NCBI GenBank assembly: GCA_002245135.1 | Contig: NGBS01000900.1 | Location: 1 to 64,000 of the forward strand | Direction: 5' to 3' | Length of the DNA: 64,000 nucleotides | DNA from: Proteromonas lacertae | Taxonomy: Eukaryota | Shown here: piece after piece, positions 23,751-37,407 of the stretch | Layout of the letters: each line of letters opens with the position of its first letter | How positions within the stretch are numbered: position 1 is the first letter of the stretch | Position numbers and translations under genes: made by a program | Notes under the pieces: generated by a model | Databases searched by the model: none | Told to the model about the DNA's origin: nothing | The model's input: only the letters and a program-made list of their open reading frames with translations

Positions 23751-24249
23751 TCATGGTAAAAATTGTGGTCTTTGTACTGGTATGTCTAAAGAATTATAAA
23801 ATGGAGTACTTTCATCATCTGTTAGAATAGTCATTGTCGAAAGTATGTCAACAGTAACTGCTTCAACTGGGGGAGGTCTGATTGAACATGGACAATTACA
23901 ATTACCATGCTTTGGACACATAAAGGTTTTGGCTGGAATTACTGGAACTCTATTACGATGAGCACAATTAATCTAAAATTTATAATAACATTAATAACAA
24001 TACTATGATAAATATCAACAGAAAAATCAAAATCAAAATTAGAAAACAATATGGATTTAAATTAAATATGAAATAGAGTGTAAATAGTCCAATGCACAAT
24101 ATAAGCCACTGAAAAGTTAAGAAAACATAATAGTCTATAATACAAAGGATATAACTATAGCAGAACCACAATAAGAGTGTAAACACCTTGTATTTGACTC
24201 ATTTAGCTTCTAGAATATGAATAATAATAATTTATACTGTTGGTAACAT
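23751..24249 (-). CDS. Small two-TM protein with a Cys-rich cytosolic segment
   Basis: Four-exon model MLPT|KLNESNTRCLHSYCGSAIV|WLILCIGLF...IFII|INCAHRNRVP...QFLP*. The frame is consistent only with the U12-type intron removed. Confidence 0.65.
24109..24152 (-). other. U12-type intron, AT-AG, 44 nt
   Basis: Minus strand ATATCCTTT from 24152, branch TTTCTTAAC at 24124-24116, 3' TTTTCAG. A phase-0 join links two different reading frames. Confidence 0.8.
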
Positions 24250-24333
24250 CAGAAAAACGAGAAAAACAATGTGTTTTGTGATTTTTGAAATACATTTAGA
24301 TACAAGTGTATAAATGTATTAATTCAAATTACT

Positions 24334-26031
24334 ATGAAACTTTTTGATATTGTAATATACCTGCTAATTATAGAAATCTCATGTATAATAATTCATTTAT
24401 TTCTGTGGATAGTATGTTCTACGGTTAAATATTTAACGAGAGAAGATAAAATTAGTGATGCTAAGGAATTTGAGAAGAAAATAAGGGAGAAACAGTCTGA
24501 ATGTTGGAAAGTATGTTTTGAAGAATATTAATTTATAGAATGCTGTGTTGAATATCAATGGTAGTTGCAAATCCATTGATGTGAATGAGCAAAGACTACT
24601 TGCTGTAAAATTTACTCAATGCCACATGGATGCGGTTGGTATTTAGAATTTTTTAATATCTATAGGAAGAAAATTACCAGATTACACAGTCGATACGAAT
24701 TTCAAGCTTTATAACACAAAGTACTTAAAAGATGATGCTTTTAATGCATATACAGCTTTTTTTATTCACGTTGATAACCTCTGCTTTTATTTACAGAATG
24801 AAATATGGTGTGAAAGTACAGACAAAACAATTGATGAACTAAACACTAATACAGACACAATGAAGCATTCTTTGTATAATATATATATAATAATTATTAT
24901 AATATAAATAGAGATATTCTATTAGAAAATGAATATCAGCTTGTTTCAAATCAAAATATATCATTGAAACATCATCAAATGATAATTGAAAATGAAATTC
25001 TTCTAATTGCTGAAAGTGAAAAAGCTAAAAATATGATTTCTAATATGCAAACTGAAGTAAACCAATCATTTTCAACTTTAGATAACATAATGTTGAAGAA
25101 TAATAGAACTGTTACGGATTTTGTTTCTATCATTGGTAGATATCTTACAAAAATTGAATTCTTGCAAAGATATCTTGTGAATGGAATATTTGATTTAGAA
25201 TCAATATTTTATTACGTTTTGGTTATCTTTATCAGTCTGTTTTTAACTTCACCAGTGTCTGTAAGGAAAGCAAGACCTACAATATTCGTTTCAATATTTA
25301 TAAATGTAATGTTAGAAAGATATATACTAAACCTATTGATAGATACAATATATGAAAATGATATTATTAATTATAGATCAATATTAAGATCAATGCTACT
25401 GATAGTGATTGTTATTGAATTTATTTCACATTTACTTACATATAATGATTTAGATGAAAAGAGTTATGTAGTTTTGATTGATTTGAATAAGAAATTATCA
25501 ACTACTAAACAAGAGAATGTAAAAGAAGAAGAAGAAGATAAACAGAAAGAAAATGAAAATGAAAAGAATGATAATAGTTATATACATAAATGTTTTAAGT
25601 TTATTCCAGTGTTTATGAATAATATAAGAGAAAGATTCTCCAGTAATAGCAGTATTGAGAATAGTATAAATGAAATAACTGAAGAAAATGATAATAATAA
25701 AGAGAATAGTGCAAAACCAGCAAAAGTAATATATAAAACACCATCTAGAAAGAAGAGAGGTAGAAGTAGTGCTCCAGGAACACTACAAAGCACAGCAAAA
25801 GTAAATGGAAGTGGCAGTGGTAATAGAGGAAGATCTAAAAGAAGAAGGACTGATAGTACCAGTTGTAGAAAGAGAATAAGAAGTTCTAGTAGGTCAGTAT
25901 CAAGAAATAGTAGAAGAAGTTCGTTTGATTCAATTGCAGGAGATGAAGAAGACATCTTTCCAGCAAAGAAATATGAAACTCCTTATAATATCCCTCGTAA
26001 GATGTTTACACGTACTAGTAGTATGGAATAA
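24334..26031 (+). CDS. GEX1: GEX1/KAR5/Brambleberry nuclear-fusion (karyogamy) family protein
   Basis: Spliced Cys-rich domain SECWKNAV....SCK....EQRLLAVKFTQCH...GR....DDAFNAYTAFFIHVDNLCFYLQNEIW, followed by a coiled coil, three hydrophobic segments and a basic tail. Confidence 0.82.
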
Positions 26032-26209
26032 GCCAAAATTTAGTCTTTTTAATTTATTCTTTTATTTACACTTTTTTGTTGAGTTATATAATAGCATAGA
26101 ATTGTTTTCATATCACATAAAATGTCTGATAAAGAACAAAATTTAAAATAAAAAAATTCAACTGTCAAACTTGATTCAAACCTTTTTTGAATTTGAATTT
26201 TTAATTCAA

Positions 26210-27685
26210 ATGGATCAAAGAACTATCAACCAATTGTTCTCACCAACAACCTATAATGGATCAAATGAGGAACCCTTACCAACACCAGCAGTTAAGCAAC
26301 TAAATAAAAGAGTTGATGAATTGCTAGCTTACACGCCCTCACAATTTTCATTCTCTCCTAACGATGTCAATATATCAAATACAGTCACTCCATCAAGGCT
26401 TATTATCTCTCCAAGTACTCCAATTACAAAAGACAAAATCCCATTTAGTAGATCTAATACAGCAAAGAAACATTTTCATGGCGTTACTTTAACACCAGAA
26501 GATTTAACATCGCCTCCAAATCATTTCAGCCCACTTCTTTCTTCAAGAAAGAAATTCAAATCAAGCACTTCAAACAACCAAAATGGAAATAGAATTATAT
26601 TATCTCAATACGATCAAAACATCACAGTAATAACTGAAGATACTGATAATTACATTCTAACCAACAAGCCAATCGTTTCATTCGGAGGAGTACCAATAGG
26701 TGAACCACATATAGAAACATTAACATTAAGAAATAATAGAAAATATGATTTAAAAATCAAATTAGAAATGCATTTTGAAGATCAAGACATTACAGAATCT
26801 GATGGTTATAAACTCCTATCCACAAATACTTTAGACTTAAAAGCATATACAGATACAGTAATAAACATCCAATTCTCACCAAAAAGGAATAATCAATATT
26901 CTGGTATTATATTTGTATCAGTAGTAGATACAGATGCATTATATCAAATACCATTATATGGGTATGGAGGAATATCAGATTTAACATGTTATGTCTTACA
27001 AGATCCAGTAGAAATGAAACACAATAAGAATAATAGTGTATGGGAAGGTATAATTGAGATAGTGAATAGTGGTACAAGATGTGCTACAGTATATGCTTTA
27101 TTAGATGATCCTGAACATGAATTAGGTAAAGAATTTGCTAATAGATTAGAGATTACACCAAATTGTTTTACACTGAATCAAAATGAAAGACAAACAGTCA
27201 ATGTAACCTTCTCAGAATGTCCTGAAGATAGAGATAATATTAGAATCAATGGTAATTTAGTATTCTCTATATTAATCTCATGGGGTGATGAAATACAAAG
27301 AATGAAAGCATTTTATAAAAGACCAACTGAGTCAAACTCATTCAAATCACCATTATATGAACTAATAGGAGATAATGCAGAATTAAAAGCTGATATTACA
27401 AGAGAAGAATTGAAGTATATTGAACAATTACAAAGCCAAAAAGCTATTGATCTTCGCGTATTGAATGAAGAAGATAATAAAGAAAGTGGTAAAATGATTG
27501 AATTAAATGATTTTGATAAGATATTTGAGTATTTCAATTGGACTAATTCATTACATTCTAACTTTGTTGATTTTCATCGTAGATCATTATTATTAGATTC
27601 ATCTTCATCATCAGGTTCATCGCCTCTACAACCAATACAAGAACCAAATCATATAAGTGATGGATCATTAAGTGATATATCACCA

Positions 27686-27738
<53 letters not shown>

Positions 27739-29576
27739 TAGTATTCCATTACATATGCAAATACAGTCACAGAGTCTCAATATTCAGAATTCACCTGTAG
27801 TAATGACTACAATTAGTAATTCAATTACATTAACTGGTAATCAAACACCATTAATGAATAATAATAATAATAATAAATTCATTTGAGAATATATCTAAAG
27901 ATACTTCTTTCACTAATATCTCACCATTACCTACACCTCATTATGTTAATGGTAAAGTTAAGTTTTATGATGATGTATCAATAAGTAATGAAGATACTTC
28001 GAGAGACACGACATATAGTCATTATACACCATTACCTACACCACATTATGTTAAAGAAGAAAGTAGAAGTGGTGTTATTAATAACAATGGATTATTACCA
28101 AATGAACAAATATCAACATCATCAGTTGCATCATCATTATCATCACAGCAACAACAACAACAACAACAAATTCCAAAATTACAAGAACAGATCAGTATGG
28201 AGAATATGTCGAACGATACATTGAATAGTGCAACATTATCACCATTAGCAACTCCATATTATGATAGAATATCAGGTAAAGTAATATATTTACAACCAGG
28301 TGAACCAATACCATCGCAACATGTAACACATGTTCAAGGTCCAGTATCAGTATCAACATATTCAACACCATCATCTGTAAATGATAGTTTAAACAATAAT
28401 AAAACAACTAATAGCATTACTTCGACCAATAATAATAATAATAATACAATGATTAAGAATCAAGAACAATCATTTCAAAGTACAATATCCAATATATCAT
28501 CCTTACCATCACCTCATTATAATTCCAACAACAGGAACAGTTGAATTAAGATTATCATCAACATCATCTCAACAATTACCACAATCATCATCAATTGGTA
28601 GTATTCATAAGAGTATTAATAAAGGAAGTAGCAGTGGCTCTGAAGAACAATCTTTATCACCAGAAATAAGCAAACATTCAATACCAATGACATCTATATT
28701 CTCACCGACTCAATAATAGTAAAGATACTCAAAGTGAATCATTAATTAATAAACCAATATTAACACCATTATCATCACAAAATCAACAACAACAACAACA
28801 ACTAGATGAAGCTCATTCAGAGATATTAACATCAACAAAGAATCAACCAACTACTCAATTATATGAACCATCTATATCATCAACAATTAGTGATATTTCA
28901 GCATTACCATCTCCTCATTTTAATAGAGAAACTAACAGAGTTGAATATCTACAACATAACAGTAATAGTAATGATATTTTACCTACCATTAATAGTAATA
29001 ATACATCTATATTACATCAAAGTCAATCTCATAAATCAACTGGTAGTAATAGTAATGAAAGTAGTAAAACAGATATTGACGTTAATATAGAAATTAATCA
29101 TTCATCATCCCAACAAAATCAACAAAAATCAACTGATAATAATGCAAGTGGATCATTTAGTGATATATCTTCACTATCATCCGTTACACCAGTGGATAAA
29201 ATATTTCCACCTGAAGAATCTAATAGTAATGTTATTAAGAGCAATATAATATCTCCACCAAGAGCACCACTATCACAACCATCATCACAAAGAAGTTTCC
29301 ATTCGCATTTATTCAATAGCAATAATAATAATGAAAATGTTGATGAAAACATACCATCTGCTTATATTAATAGAGTTTCTAATCATATTGAATTAAAGAA
29401 TACTGATGATACATTGAGAGATATACAAGTACCTGCATCTTATACATCCACTAGTAATTCATCCATAACACATCAATCTAATAAAGAATCATCATCATCT
29501 TCATCATCTTCAACTAATGGTAGAATATCAAGACAATCTGATAATATTGTATTAGAAGGAAATAGTATTAAATTCC

Positions 29577-29608
<32 letters not shown>

Positions 29609-31702
29609 CCATCTTCATCAAAATCAAATGGATTGAGTTATAATCTTAGCGATAACAATAACGATGATAATGATGCACAACATTCTATTTATTCTCAATC
29701 ACAACAAAACCAACAACAAGATAATGAAGAAGATAATTCTCAGAATACAAGTTCAGATATATCATTATTATCACCATATTACAATAGAAGTACAGGTAAA
29801 GTAGAATTTAGAAAAAGTCAAAACTCTGGTGAAATAGAAAATAACTTATCAATTTCACAACAGCAACAACAAAATCAACAAGATTCTAATAATAATAATA
29901 ATAATTTTAGTGATATAGGAAGTATATCTCAATACCAATCATCAGGAGTTGCATCTACAACTGCATCATCAACATTAACATCAACCATATCAAATCTCAA
30001 AGCCATTAGATTCTTATACTCAAAAAGAATCTATCTCAAGTCATAATTTGGATGTTATAAATGAAAATCTATCACCATTAAACAATAATAATGATATTAA
30101 TAGATCAAACCCTGAATCAAGCTCAAATCATAGTATTTCCCACTCATTGCATATAACAGAAGCACAATCATTCAATTCACGTCATAGCAGTAATAAACCA
30201 CAATCTACAAATACATCATTCACCGATATATCACCATTACCATCACCCTATTATAATAGAGAAACTAATCAAGTGGAGTATAGATTAACACCATCAAAAT
30301 CACAACAAGAACCAAGCAGTGAAGATGAAAATAATAATAAAAGTATTAGTGAGAATGATGGATCAAATAAATCATTACAATTATCAGAACAACAACAAGA
30401 ACCATTATCATCAATATCAAATCATTCTATACGAAATGTTAATAATAATAATAATAATAATAAGTCAATAAGTGATAATAATATATCATTACCTGTTATA
30501 TCAAACAGATTAATGAATAATATTACTACATCATTACAAAGTAATAATACAAATGAAAGTGATGTATCATCATTACCATATATTCAACAACAACCGCAAC
30601 AAGATGATAATGATATATATATAAAGATGAGTGATAGTTCAATAAATCAATCATTATTACAGCCACAAAAACCAGAATCATCATCAATAACACCTGAACA
30701 ATCGCACCATAGTATAATAACAAGTAAACAAAAAGAAGAATCACATAGTAGTACAAGAATGGGATCATTATCACCATTATCTAATAGTAATAACTTATAC
30801 TCAGCAGAAATATTAAGACAATCACAAGAAGAAGAAGAAGAAGAAGAAGAAGAAGAAGAAGAAGAAGAACAGAATCAACAATTATCATCATCATCAATCC
30901 CAGTATTACCAGTAATATCTAATAAAGATACTCTTCTGGATATGATACAAACACAACAGCCAATATACAATAGTGAAACAGGTGAAGTACAATTCCAAAC
31001 TAGTAATGATATTGGTAGTGGAATATTACCAACAATATCTAATCATTCTACACCATTACAGCAACCACTACAATATAACACTCTAAGTTCATATCAACAA
31101 TCATCAATACATCCAACTAAATCACCATCTCAAAGTCTTGGATCATCATTATTACAAAATAATGGATCAATTAATGGAATACCAGTTGAGAATAATTCAA
31201 ATAGTAATCTATCAGATTTAACACCACCATCACCATTACAATCAACATCTGTTAATGGTATGAACAATAATATTAATAATAATAATATATCAAACTTACC
31301 AACAAATAGTTTTCATTCAGAAAATATATCAAATCATTTAACTTCATTAAACTCATCACCACAATCACAGCAGAATGAAATTATTACATCAATTACTAAC
31401 ACACCTTACAATAAAACAGAAGTATCAACAACACCAGGTGTAAGCAACATCAATATTATCTCAAAATAATGATGAAAATATTGAATATTCTCCATATTTT
31501 GATAAAGAAACAGGTGAAGTTAAATTTATTGAGAAATCTCATTCTCATTCATCATTATCATCAATTAATCAACAAAATCCACAACTATCACAACAACAAC
31601 AATTATCTATGTTAGAGAATAATTCTATCAATTCTGAAGATTTACAAAGATCTATTCAACAGAATTTATCATCATCAATACCTATTAATACATCAATTAG
31701 TC

Positions 31703-31741
<39 letters not shown>

Positions 31742-33325
31742 CACAGATTATGAGTAATAGTGGTATAATCAGTCAATCTCTGAATAACAATAATGAGAGT
31801 TACTCAAACATTACTCCAGAATCAATAGGTAATTATAATCAACAGCAACAGTCACAATATTCACTACAGCAAGAACAACAACCTATTTTAAGTCAATCTT
31901 TACATAATAGTAATAATTATGGAAATAGTAAACAACAAGAACAACAACAACAACAATATCAGAATTCATTATCACCAAATAATATGATGAATGAAATATC
32001 TATCAATAATAATAACAATATCAATGACTATTCTGATTTAGATTTACCACCACCTTCAACTAATTCAATATATACATCATCATCAGCAATACATAGCAAT
32101 AATTATGGTTCAATTACAAACACTCAAATCCCTGAACAATCTCCAATGATTCATTCAGATCATTTACCAGTAGATAGTACAATATTAAGAGATCTTACAC
32201 CAATACCAACACCAATATATGACAGAGTAACTAATGAAATATCAATGAACAACTCTATAAAACCAACTACATCACCACAAAGACCAGATTCATATACACA
32301 TCAAAGTACATCACCCACAATGGAGACATTGAATAGTGTAAAATCAACATTAACTGAATTATCACCAATACCAACACCTTACATTGATAAATCATCAGGA
32401 TATTTAAAGTTCCATACTTCAAGTATATCACAACAACAGAATATGATGAGTCAACAACATTCATTACAATCAATTGGTTATAATAATAATAACACAAATA
32501 ATTCATCAATCAATTCATTCAATAAAATACAACAACAATCCGATGTTTTACCTCAACAAAGTGTAATTAGTCAACAAAACAGTGAGAATATGAATTATAC
32601 CAATTTATTACCTGATTCAATCACTAATAGCAATAATTTGAATAATAATTATGTAAATGAAAATTCACCAAATCAAATACCATCTCCATTATTGCACAGC
32701 AACAACAACAACAATTATCACCATGATTCAATCACAACAGCAATTATCCAATAATAATTCACCAATGTATAGTTCAATACAGAATGATAATAACGATATG
32801 AATAATGATAATATGATTAAAACACCATCACCACTGACTACAAGTCAAATAGTGTCATCTGCAATGGAACATACAGGATTAACGCCATATATGAGTAATG
32901 ATAATAATATTAATAACAATGTAATAATTGATGAATTATCACCATTACAACAACAACAACAACAACAGATGAATCAATCATCATTAAGATATAGCCAATA
33001 TAATAAGTCCCCAGAATATACTCAACAACAACAACAATCTTCACTGTTATTATCACCACCACAACCAAATCCATTAATCACAAGTATTGATAATTCACCA
33101 GATGTACAACAACAACAACAACAGTCATATATGATGAACAAATCACTTAATAATAATACATCACCATCAATGAATGAAATACCAATAATCAGTGGAAATA
33201 ATAGTAACAATACCTCACCAAACATAACAACATTATCTCCGCAGCAACAATTCCAACAGTCACAACAACCAAACATATCAAGCCAATATCAAACTAATGA
33301 TCAATTATCGCCATTATATCAGAGT

Positions 33326-33362
<37 letters not shown>

Positions 33363-35998
33363 TTATATCATCTCCAAATCAACAAATATCTCCATTACAA
33401 CAACCATCAATAAATGAAATATCTCATAATCAATCCAATCATAACTCTCCGCTATTAGAATCAATGCAATTTTCATCTCTTAGACAAACATCACCAAATA
33501 GCAACAATAATAATTACACTAATCATAATACTAAATTACAATCACCTTATGTATCTGATATAAACACATCATCAGTTAATAATATAAATGGAAATATATC
33601 ACCATCTTTACAATATAAGTCATTATCACAACAACAACAATCAAATCAATTATCTTCATTACCTTCAATTACCAATATATCAAACAATCAATCACCATTA
33701 CAGCAGCAACAACAAAACAACAGTCAAATTCACCAAATATCTCATCAACATCTCCATTTATACCAACTTCATTATCTAATCCAAATATATCCAATTACAA
33801 TGAAGCAACAACAACAACCATCAGGTTCATTATCAATTCATTCATTACATAGTATTCATGATACTGGATATGATGCTCCAAATATAAATAGTTATAATCA
33901 ACCATCAATACAAGGATATAATAATAACAATAACACCACTACAACAACAACTGATTCATCATTACCATCTCAACCAAAGATTATTCAGAGCAATAGTAAT
34001 TTGAATTATCCAACTATTGAATCATATAACAGTAATAACAGTAGTAATCAACCAAGTAGAGCAGCATCTATCATAAGAACTAATAATAATAACAATAACA
34101 TAGGAGGAATATCACCACCAAGATATCTTAATAATAATAGTCCAATGTATTATGATGGTAATGGTTTAACACAATATAATAATAAAGGTAATAATAATAA
34201 TAATGTAATAGGTAGAATAATTGGTACTTACAATTATCTAGAACCAGAGAGAATAAGATCTGATCAAGATTACAATAACAGTTCATCATTACCTCCACAA
34301 CCATCACAACCATCAATTGATATTATACACAATAATGATAATGATGGTGATGTTAGTATACATTCTAATATAACTAATCCAGATAATAATCGATCACCAT
34401 TATCTAATAACAATAGTCCACTATCTATACCATCTAATAATACATCAACATCCTCGGAAGGTATTAATCCAGTTACATCATCATTGAAGAATACATTACT
34501 ATCTGACTCTGATGTATCAGAATCACCATTAGAATCACACATTGTTCAGCATAGAATACCATTAACTGAACCTCATTATATTAGTGCATCAGAAGCAAAA
34601 AGAATAGGCTAATGGGAGAGGAAATGGATTAACTGAAGGAAATGATGAAATGGGAATAAATGGTATTAATGGTATAGGTGGAAATAATGGAGCAAATGGA
34701 ATGAATAGCGGATATATTAATAATGGTATTAACGGAATGAGTGGTATTAATGGTTCTAATGGAATAAATGAGTAAATGAAATAATGAAATAGGAATGAAT
34801 GGAGTGGATGGTGCAATGGAATAATGGTGTTAATCATTATTATCAAAGTGGTATTTACAGTGGTATAAATAACAATATTCCTCCAGTTACATCAAATCTC
34901 AATAACAATAACAATAGCAATAACAGTGGAATTAATAATAATGGTTATGGATTATTCTCTAATGGTATCGATACTGGAATATTAGCATCCAATGCCAAAG
35001 CATTAGTAATAACAGGTGAATTATTACCAGATGGTACAAGAAATAGAATAACCACATTCCAATTACTCAATAAGACAGATGAACCACAAGAATTCTCAAT
35101 ATTCCATCAAACTGAGTTTTTATCAATATCTCCATCACAAGGTACTATTCCACCTCATAGTGCTCAGACTATATCAGTAGAAGTAATAACATTACCACCA
35201 TCACAGCTAATAAAAGATGTTACATCTCAATTATTACCAACAGTGACAATAAAGGGAGTAAAAGTACCAATAGTTGTAGTTAGTGGAGGTAAAGATATGA
35301 CTTTAGAACTATTAGTGACTGATCCAGCATATAAAGGATTATCTAGAGGTAGTAGTGACAATAATAGAAGGAATGTTGTGGTTAATAAGAGAAATAAATC
35401 AAATACTAAGAAAGGAAAGAAGAATATTACATTTATGAAACAAAAACAACAAAAACAAAATCAATATAATGATGATGAATATGATGACGGAGATGATGAA
35501 AATGAATATTATAATGAAAGAAGAAATAGAAATAAAATCAACAGACCAACAGAATATAACAGTAAAGTAAATACTATTAATAATTATAATAGAATGAGCA
35601 ATAATAATGATTATGATGATGATGATGATGAAGTAGATGATGTGTATGAAAAAGGAGAAGCAATCTCTAAATTAAGTGTAAGAAGAAAAGGTGTTTATTT
35701 CTATGAAAAATCATTAAAGTTCCCAAGATGTACACTTGGTAAATATTGTGTTAAAGAAGTGAGATTATGTAATAATACTCACAGTAAAGTTAAAGTTAAA
35801 GTCATTCAACCTCAATCACCATTTTCAATAAAGAAATCAGTATATTTGGTAAAGCCATTATGTTATACTCATGTTAAAGTATATTTTAGACCAAAAACCA
35901 TTTGTCATTTAGGTAGAAATTTCAAGAATTTGAATGCAAAAATCATAACTGATAAAGGTTATGATCAACTTGATTTACAAGTTGAATCTGATATATAA
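26210..35998 (+). CDS. CEP192: CEP192/SPD-2-like centrosomal protein with a roughly 7-kb N/Q/S-rich insertion
   Basis: SPD-2-domain-like IPLYGYGGISDL...IVNSGTRCATV...ITPNCFTL...WGDEIQR. C-terminal ASH-like GVYF..LKFP...VRLCNN...PQSPFSIK...VYFRP. The ORF is broken by several frameshifts with no intron signals. Confidence 0.7.
27912..32415 (+). repeat. Dispersed peptide repeat (S/T)D(I/L)SPLP(S/T)PYY(N/D)RxTxxV(E/K)(F/Y) among (CAA)n/(AAT)n/(GAA)n microsatellites
   Basis: Copies near 27912, 28017, 28230, 28488, 28889, 29753, 30222, 30957, 31483, 32188 and 32353. Confidence 0.75.
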
Positions 35999-36390
35999 TC
36001 TGTTATTTTAATTAATTATTGTTTGAATTTATGTTTTGATATGTTGAATTGGGAGTATTAAATATTAATTGTGTTTTACATCAACAAAATAACTATATAA
36101 TCACTTCAACCCTCACAAAATTGATAAATTAGATTAATCATAAATAAAAATCTATTTCCTTAAACTATTGTAAAATAGTGTATATTTTCAGGAATATTCT
36201 TCACAATACATGAAAACCTTCATCACAAAAAACATTCTAAAACTTGGAAGGGGGTAAAAAAATAAAAAGAATGGCACGATCTGATACAAGTATGAGTTTA
36301 CTATTTGCAAAATAGATTTGAGTATAAAAACCTCACTTGTCAAGCCAAACAATTCAATTAAAGATCTTTAGATTTTGATCCAATATCTCG

Positions 36391-37296
36391 ATGAAAACAT
36401 CAAATCTATTGGTGGTGCTAGTACTTGCAGTATGCTTGTATGAAGTGACACCTTTAACATGTACACATGCCTTCCCTGATGGTATTACCTTTGATCTTTC
36501 AAATCTACAAAAACTTGGTAAAATTACAGTGCAGAGATATTCGTCATCTTAATAGTGAAGAGGTTAATAGAACGTATTCTTATTTAAATATAGATATTTT
36601 AGATATATCTTCTCTTTCTGCAATTCACTTGAACCACCATTGGAAGCATGTAAAACAACTGAAGGAGATGACGGTGAAAAAAAGACTGGCCCTGCTTTTG
36701 CCTTTGTTTATGATGAAGTTACAAAAAAATGTCATCGTTTATCAGGTTCTTCTAATAGCACTGATGCTATAAAAAACACTGACTGGTATTATATAGATGC
36801 ACAAAACCCATCAACTGGTGTTATGTTATCCTATTTAAATGGTGATAAATTCACCAAATACAGTAGACTTGACTTGAATATGTATTGTTCGGCAATTAAA
36901 AGAACATTCCCAAAGGAAGCAACTGTTGAAATAACTGATAATTATAAATACACCCTTGGTATAAGATCAGAATATGCTTGTCCAATTGATTGTCCATTAC
37001 ACAACGATATAGTATGTAGTGGCAATGGTGCTTGTGGATATAACCCAGAAAAGCAATCAACATATTGTTTCTGTAGTGAAGGTTATTTAGGAACAGCTTG
37101 TAATAAGAAAGATAGTATGAGTTGGTTCTCAGTTAACATCATTTTATATATATTAGTATCCATTATTGCTTTGATGATTATTGGATTTGGCGTGTTTGTG
37201 ATGTGGAATAAATTGAGAAAGATTGATAGTATTATGAATAAAGAAGCTTATCAAAGTCTTGATGCACAATTCAATCAATTAGGCCAATTGGCATAA
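36391..37296 (+). CDS. Type I membrane protein with a mannose-6-phosphate-receptor-homology (ATG27-like) domain and an EGF domain
   Basis: Signal peptide, TFDLSNL, YIFSFC, GVMLSYLNGD, RSEYACP, CSGNGACGY...CFCSEGYLGTAC, a TM segment and a YQSL tail; one apparent 1-nt insertion near 36520. Confidence 0.75.
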
Positions 37297-37407
37297 ACTA
37301 ATTCTATTATTAATGTTATTTTCATTATAATTTCTATTCTTTTTTTGAGGTATAGAATCAAGCCATAATTTCGGCTTGAATTTTATTTTCTTTTTCAAAT
37401 TATCTAA

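Noticed and set aside
25578..25955. Antisense ORFs (also 55387-55869, 9975-10307, 34270-34542, 60498-60770)
   Set aside because: They are shadows of low-complexity sense genes and have no motifs of their own.
27688..33360. (CAA)n, (AAT)n and (GAA)n arrays as CRISPR, telomeric or mobile repeats
   Set aside because: They are coding microsatellites for poly-Q/N/E, with no spacers or terminal repeats.
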